Positions 59,673 through 60,797 of a stretch of DNA of 60,797 nucleotides are shown piece after piece (the first letter of the stretch is position 1; each line of letters begins with the position of its first letter). This stretch comes from Candidatus Woesearchaeota archaeon (GTDB lineage Archaea; Nanobdellota; Nanobdellia; UBA10117; GCA-020343615): assembly GCA_020343615.1 (NCBI GenBank), contig CP070803.1, forward strand, positions 469,709-530,505, read 5' to 3'. The translations under genes and the position numbers were made by a program. Below the pieces are notes generated by a model. It searched no databases. It was not told the origin of the DNA and worked only from the letters and a program-made list of their open reading frames with translations.

Positions 59673-60357
59673 ACATATCTTTTTTTACATGAACTACTAT
59701 TCCCTTACTAGTGATTTCCATTGGAAATAGTCCCTTTTTTTGATTAATTTCTCTACTCTTAATTACTCTTAATGTTCTGTCTGAATGACCTCCTAAACCT
59801 GCAAAATATAATAAAGTAACTGAATCTGATACAAATTCTTCAACGCCAAATCTACTTAAACTTCCTGCTCCTGAGACATCACCGCCGCCTATTATCTCTG
59901 AAGTTAAAATAGAAACGCAATCTATTTTTTTTAGAGCAGCAATTAACTCGTATAATTTTCTTCTTACCTCATAATCATCTTTCAAAGCCATTCCGAAAGT
60001 AGAAGTAGAATCTATGACAACTCTCTTGGCTTTAAGCTGATTAATTTCTTTTTCTAATCTATCTACAAAATTCTCTATCTCATAAGGAGCATGATATATA
60101 CATTTAAGCTTTTTAGGATATTTACTGAAGTCCCAACCCATAGCTAAAGCATCTGCTTCTAAATCTCTTATATTTTCTTCAAAAGAAACATATAAACCTG
60201 GTTCTAAAAATCTAGTTACCCCATTCCAAATAAACTGAAGTCCGAATATGGTTTTACCAGTACCAGCTCCGCCTGAAACAAGGTTTACAGATTTGGGTAT
60301 ATATCCTCCTTGAATAATAGTATCATAACCAGGAATTCCTGTTTTTATTCTGTCCAT
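59665..60357 (-). CDS. KaiC/RecA-like ATPase (ArlH/FlaH-like)
   Basis: RIKTGIPGYDTIIQGGYIPKSVNLVSGGAGTGKTIFGLQF (Walker A) and RVVIDSTS (Walker B). Start chosen at ATG 60357 (MDRIKTG), ~28 nt downstream of TTATAAAAG. The track start 60375 is also possible. Confidence 0.8.
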   Translation of the reverse strand: MDRIKTGIPGYDTIIQGGYIPKSVNLVSGGAGTGKTIFGLQFIWNGVTRFLEPGLYVSFEENIRDLEADALAMGWDFSKYPKKLKCIYHAPYEIENFVDRLEKEINQLKAKRVVIDSTSTFGMALKDDYEVRRKLYELIAALKKIDCVSILTSEIIGGGDVSGAGSLSRFGVEEFVSDSVTLLYFAGLGGHSDRTLRVIKSREINQKKGLFPMEITSKGIVVHVKKDMYE

Positions 60358-60462
60358 ACTTATAATATAGTACATTTTTTTCTTTTATAATTTACTTTTC
60401 ACTTATATTTGATTAAAACAAGACTAGAAAGATTTTTAATAAGACTAGTTCTATAATTAAAC

Positions 60463-60789
60463 ATGCTTTCACCATTATTAAAAAAACTGATATTTGCAAG
60501 ACAATTTAGTGTAGAGAACGGTGAAATTCAACTTATTCAATTAAGAAATATGTTGATTTCTCCTGATCTTATATTGAAACTACAAGAAGTAGATGCAACT
60601 CGTCTATACAAAGTAAGTAAAAAAGTAATGAAAAGAGACCTTGATTTTTTGAGAGGAAAAATCTCTTTAGAAGGACAAGGGAATATCCAAAGATTAGAAG
60701 AACTTTACGAACTTTTTGGATTTGGAAACATAAAGATTGTAGATTTGGATAGGAAGAAAAAAAGAGGAGTTGTTAATATTAACAATTAA
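60463..60789 (+). CDS. hypothetical protein, possibly V4R-like domain
   Basis: 108 aa. FSVENGEIQLIQLRNMLISPDLILKL...ELFGFGNIKIVDLDRKKKRGVVNINN is loosely reminiscent of V4R small-molecule-binding domains. Divergent from the filament operon. Confidence 0.35.
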   Translation: MLSPLLKKLIFARQFSVENGEIQLIQLRNMLISPDLILKLQEVDATRLYKVSKKVMKRDLDFLRGKISLEGQGNIQRLEELYELFGFGNIKIVDLDRKKKRGVVNINN

Positions 60790-60797
60790 CCAATTGA

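Noticed and set aside
1-60797. CRISPR arrays, rRNA and tRNA genes
   Set aside because: There are no regularly spaced direct repeats anywhere. The only short repeats are the coding S6e tail and the TGCATATGCA pair. All intergenic regions are short and AT-rich, without the GC-rich stems expected for tRNA, rRNA or C/D-box sRNA (no RUGAUGA...CUGA pairs noticed). Detection by eye is imperfect.

Overview
This is a visibly AT-rich, gene-dense archaeal chromosome segment with about 85 protein genes. I found no rRNA, tRNA or CRISPR array. The archaeal assignment rests on aIF2-gamma, aIF5B, ABCE1, ribosomal proteins S6e/L35Ae/S17e/S2/L37Ae, Alba, NreA with a C-terminal PIP box, and the exosome superoperon. 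That superoperon runs Pop5-PsmA-SBDS-Rrp4-Rrp41-Rrp42 and continues here into RpoK-enolase. Its usual distal part (L37Ae-RpoP-Pcc1-prefoldin beta) lies about 8.5 kb further on. Lineage cannot be fixed from sequence alone; composition and gene content fit a small-genome uncultivated archaeon (possibly DPANN-like, inference only). Genes are often translationally coupled (ATGA/TAATG overlaps). First-in-operon genes carry an AAAGTTTTTAAA-type BRE/TATA about 28-30 nt upstream of the ATG, which suggests leaderless mRNAs. Five accessory regions merit follow-up. (1) 3178-6717 is a tightly coupled four-gene operon ending in an MIT-like + AAA (Vps4/CdvC-like) ATPase, preceded by a 196-aa coiled-coil protein and two unknowns, and followed by a membrane-anchored serpin. 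(2) 24176-26426 is an operon of seven small genes containing two different families, each triplicated in tandem. It has a divergent Lrp/AsnC regulator on one side and a free-standing LAGLIDADG + double-wHTH protein on the other. (3) 13824-17040 encodes a xylose-isomerase-like TIM barrel split by a roughly 245-aa helical insertion, coupled to a 475-aa unknown. (4) 53405-60375 is an atypical type IV filament locus with a KaiC/ArlH-like ATPase, an ArlI/PilB-like ATPase, a split ArlJ/TadBC-like platform and five class-III-signal pilin-like proteins. (5) An ATGTGCA-N4-TGCATATGCA operator-like motif is shared by two distant promoters, one of which drives an HTH-FIST regulator. All functional calls come from reading motifs by eye; no database search was run.
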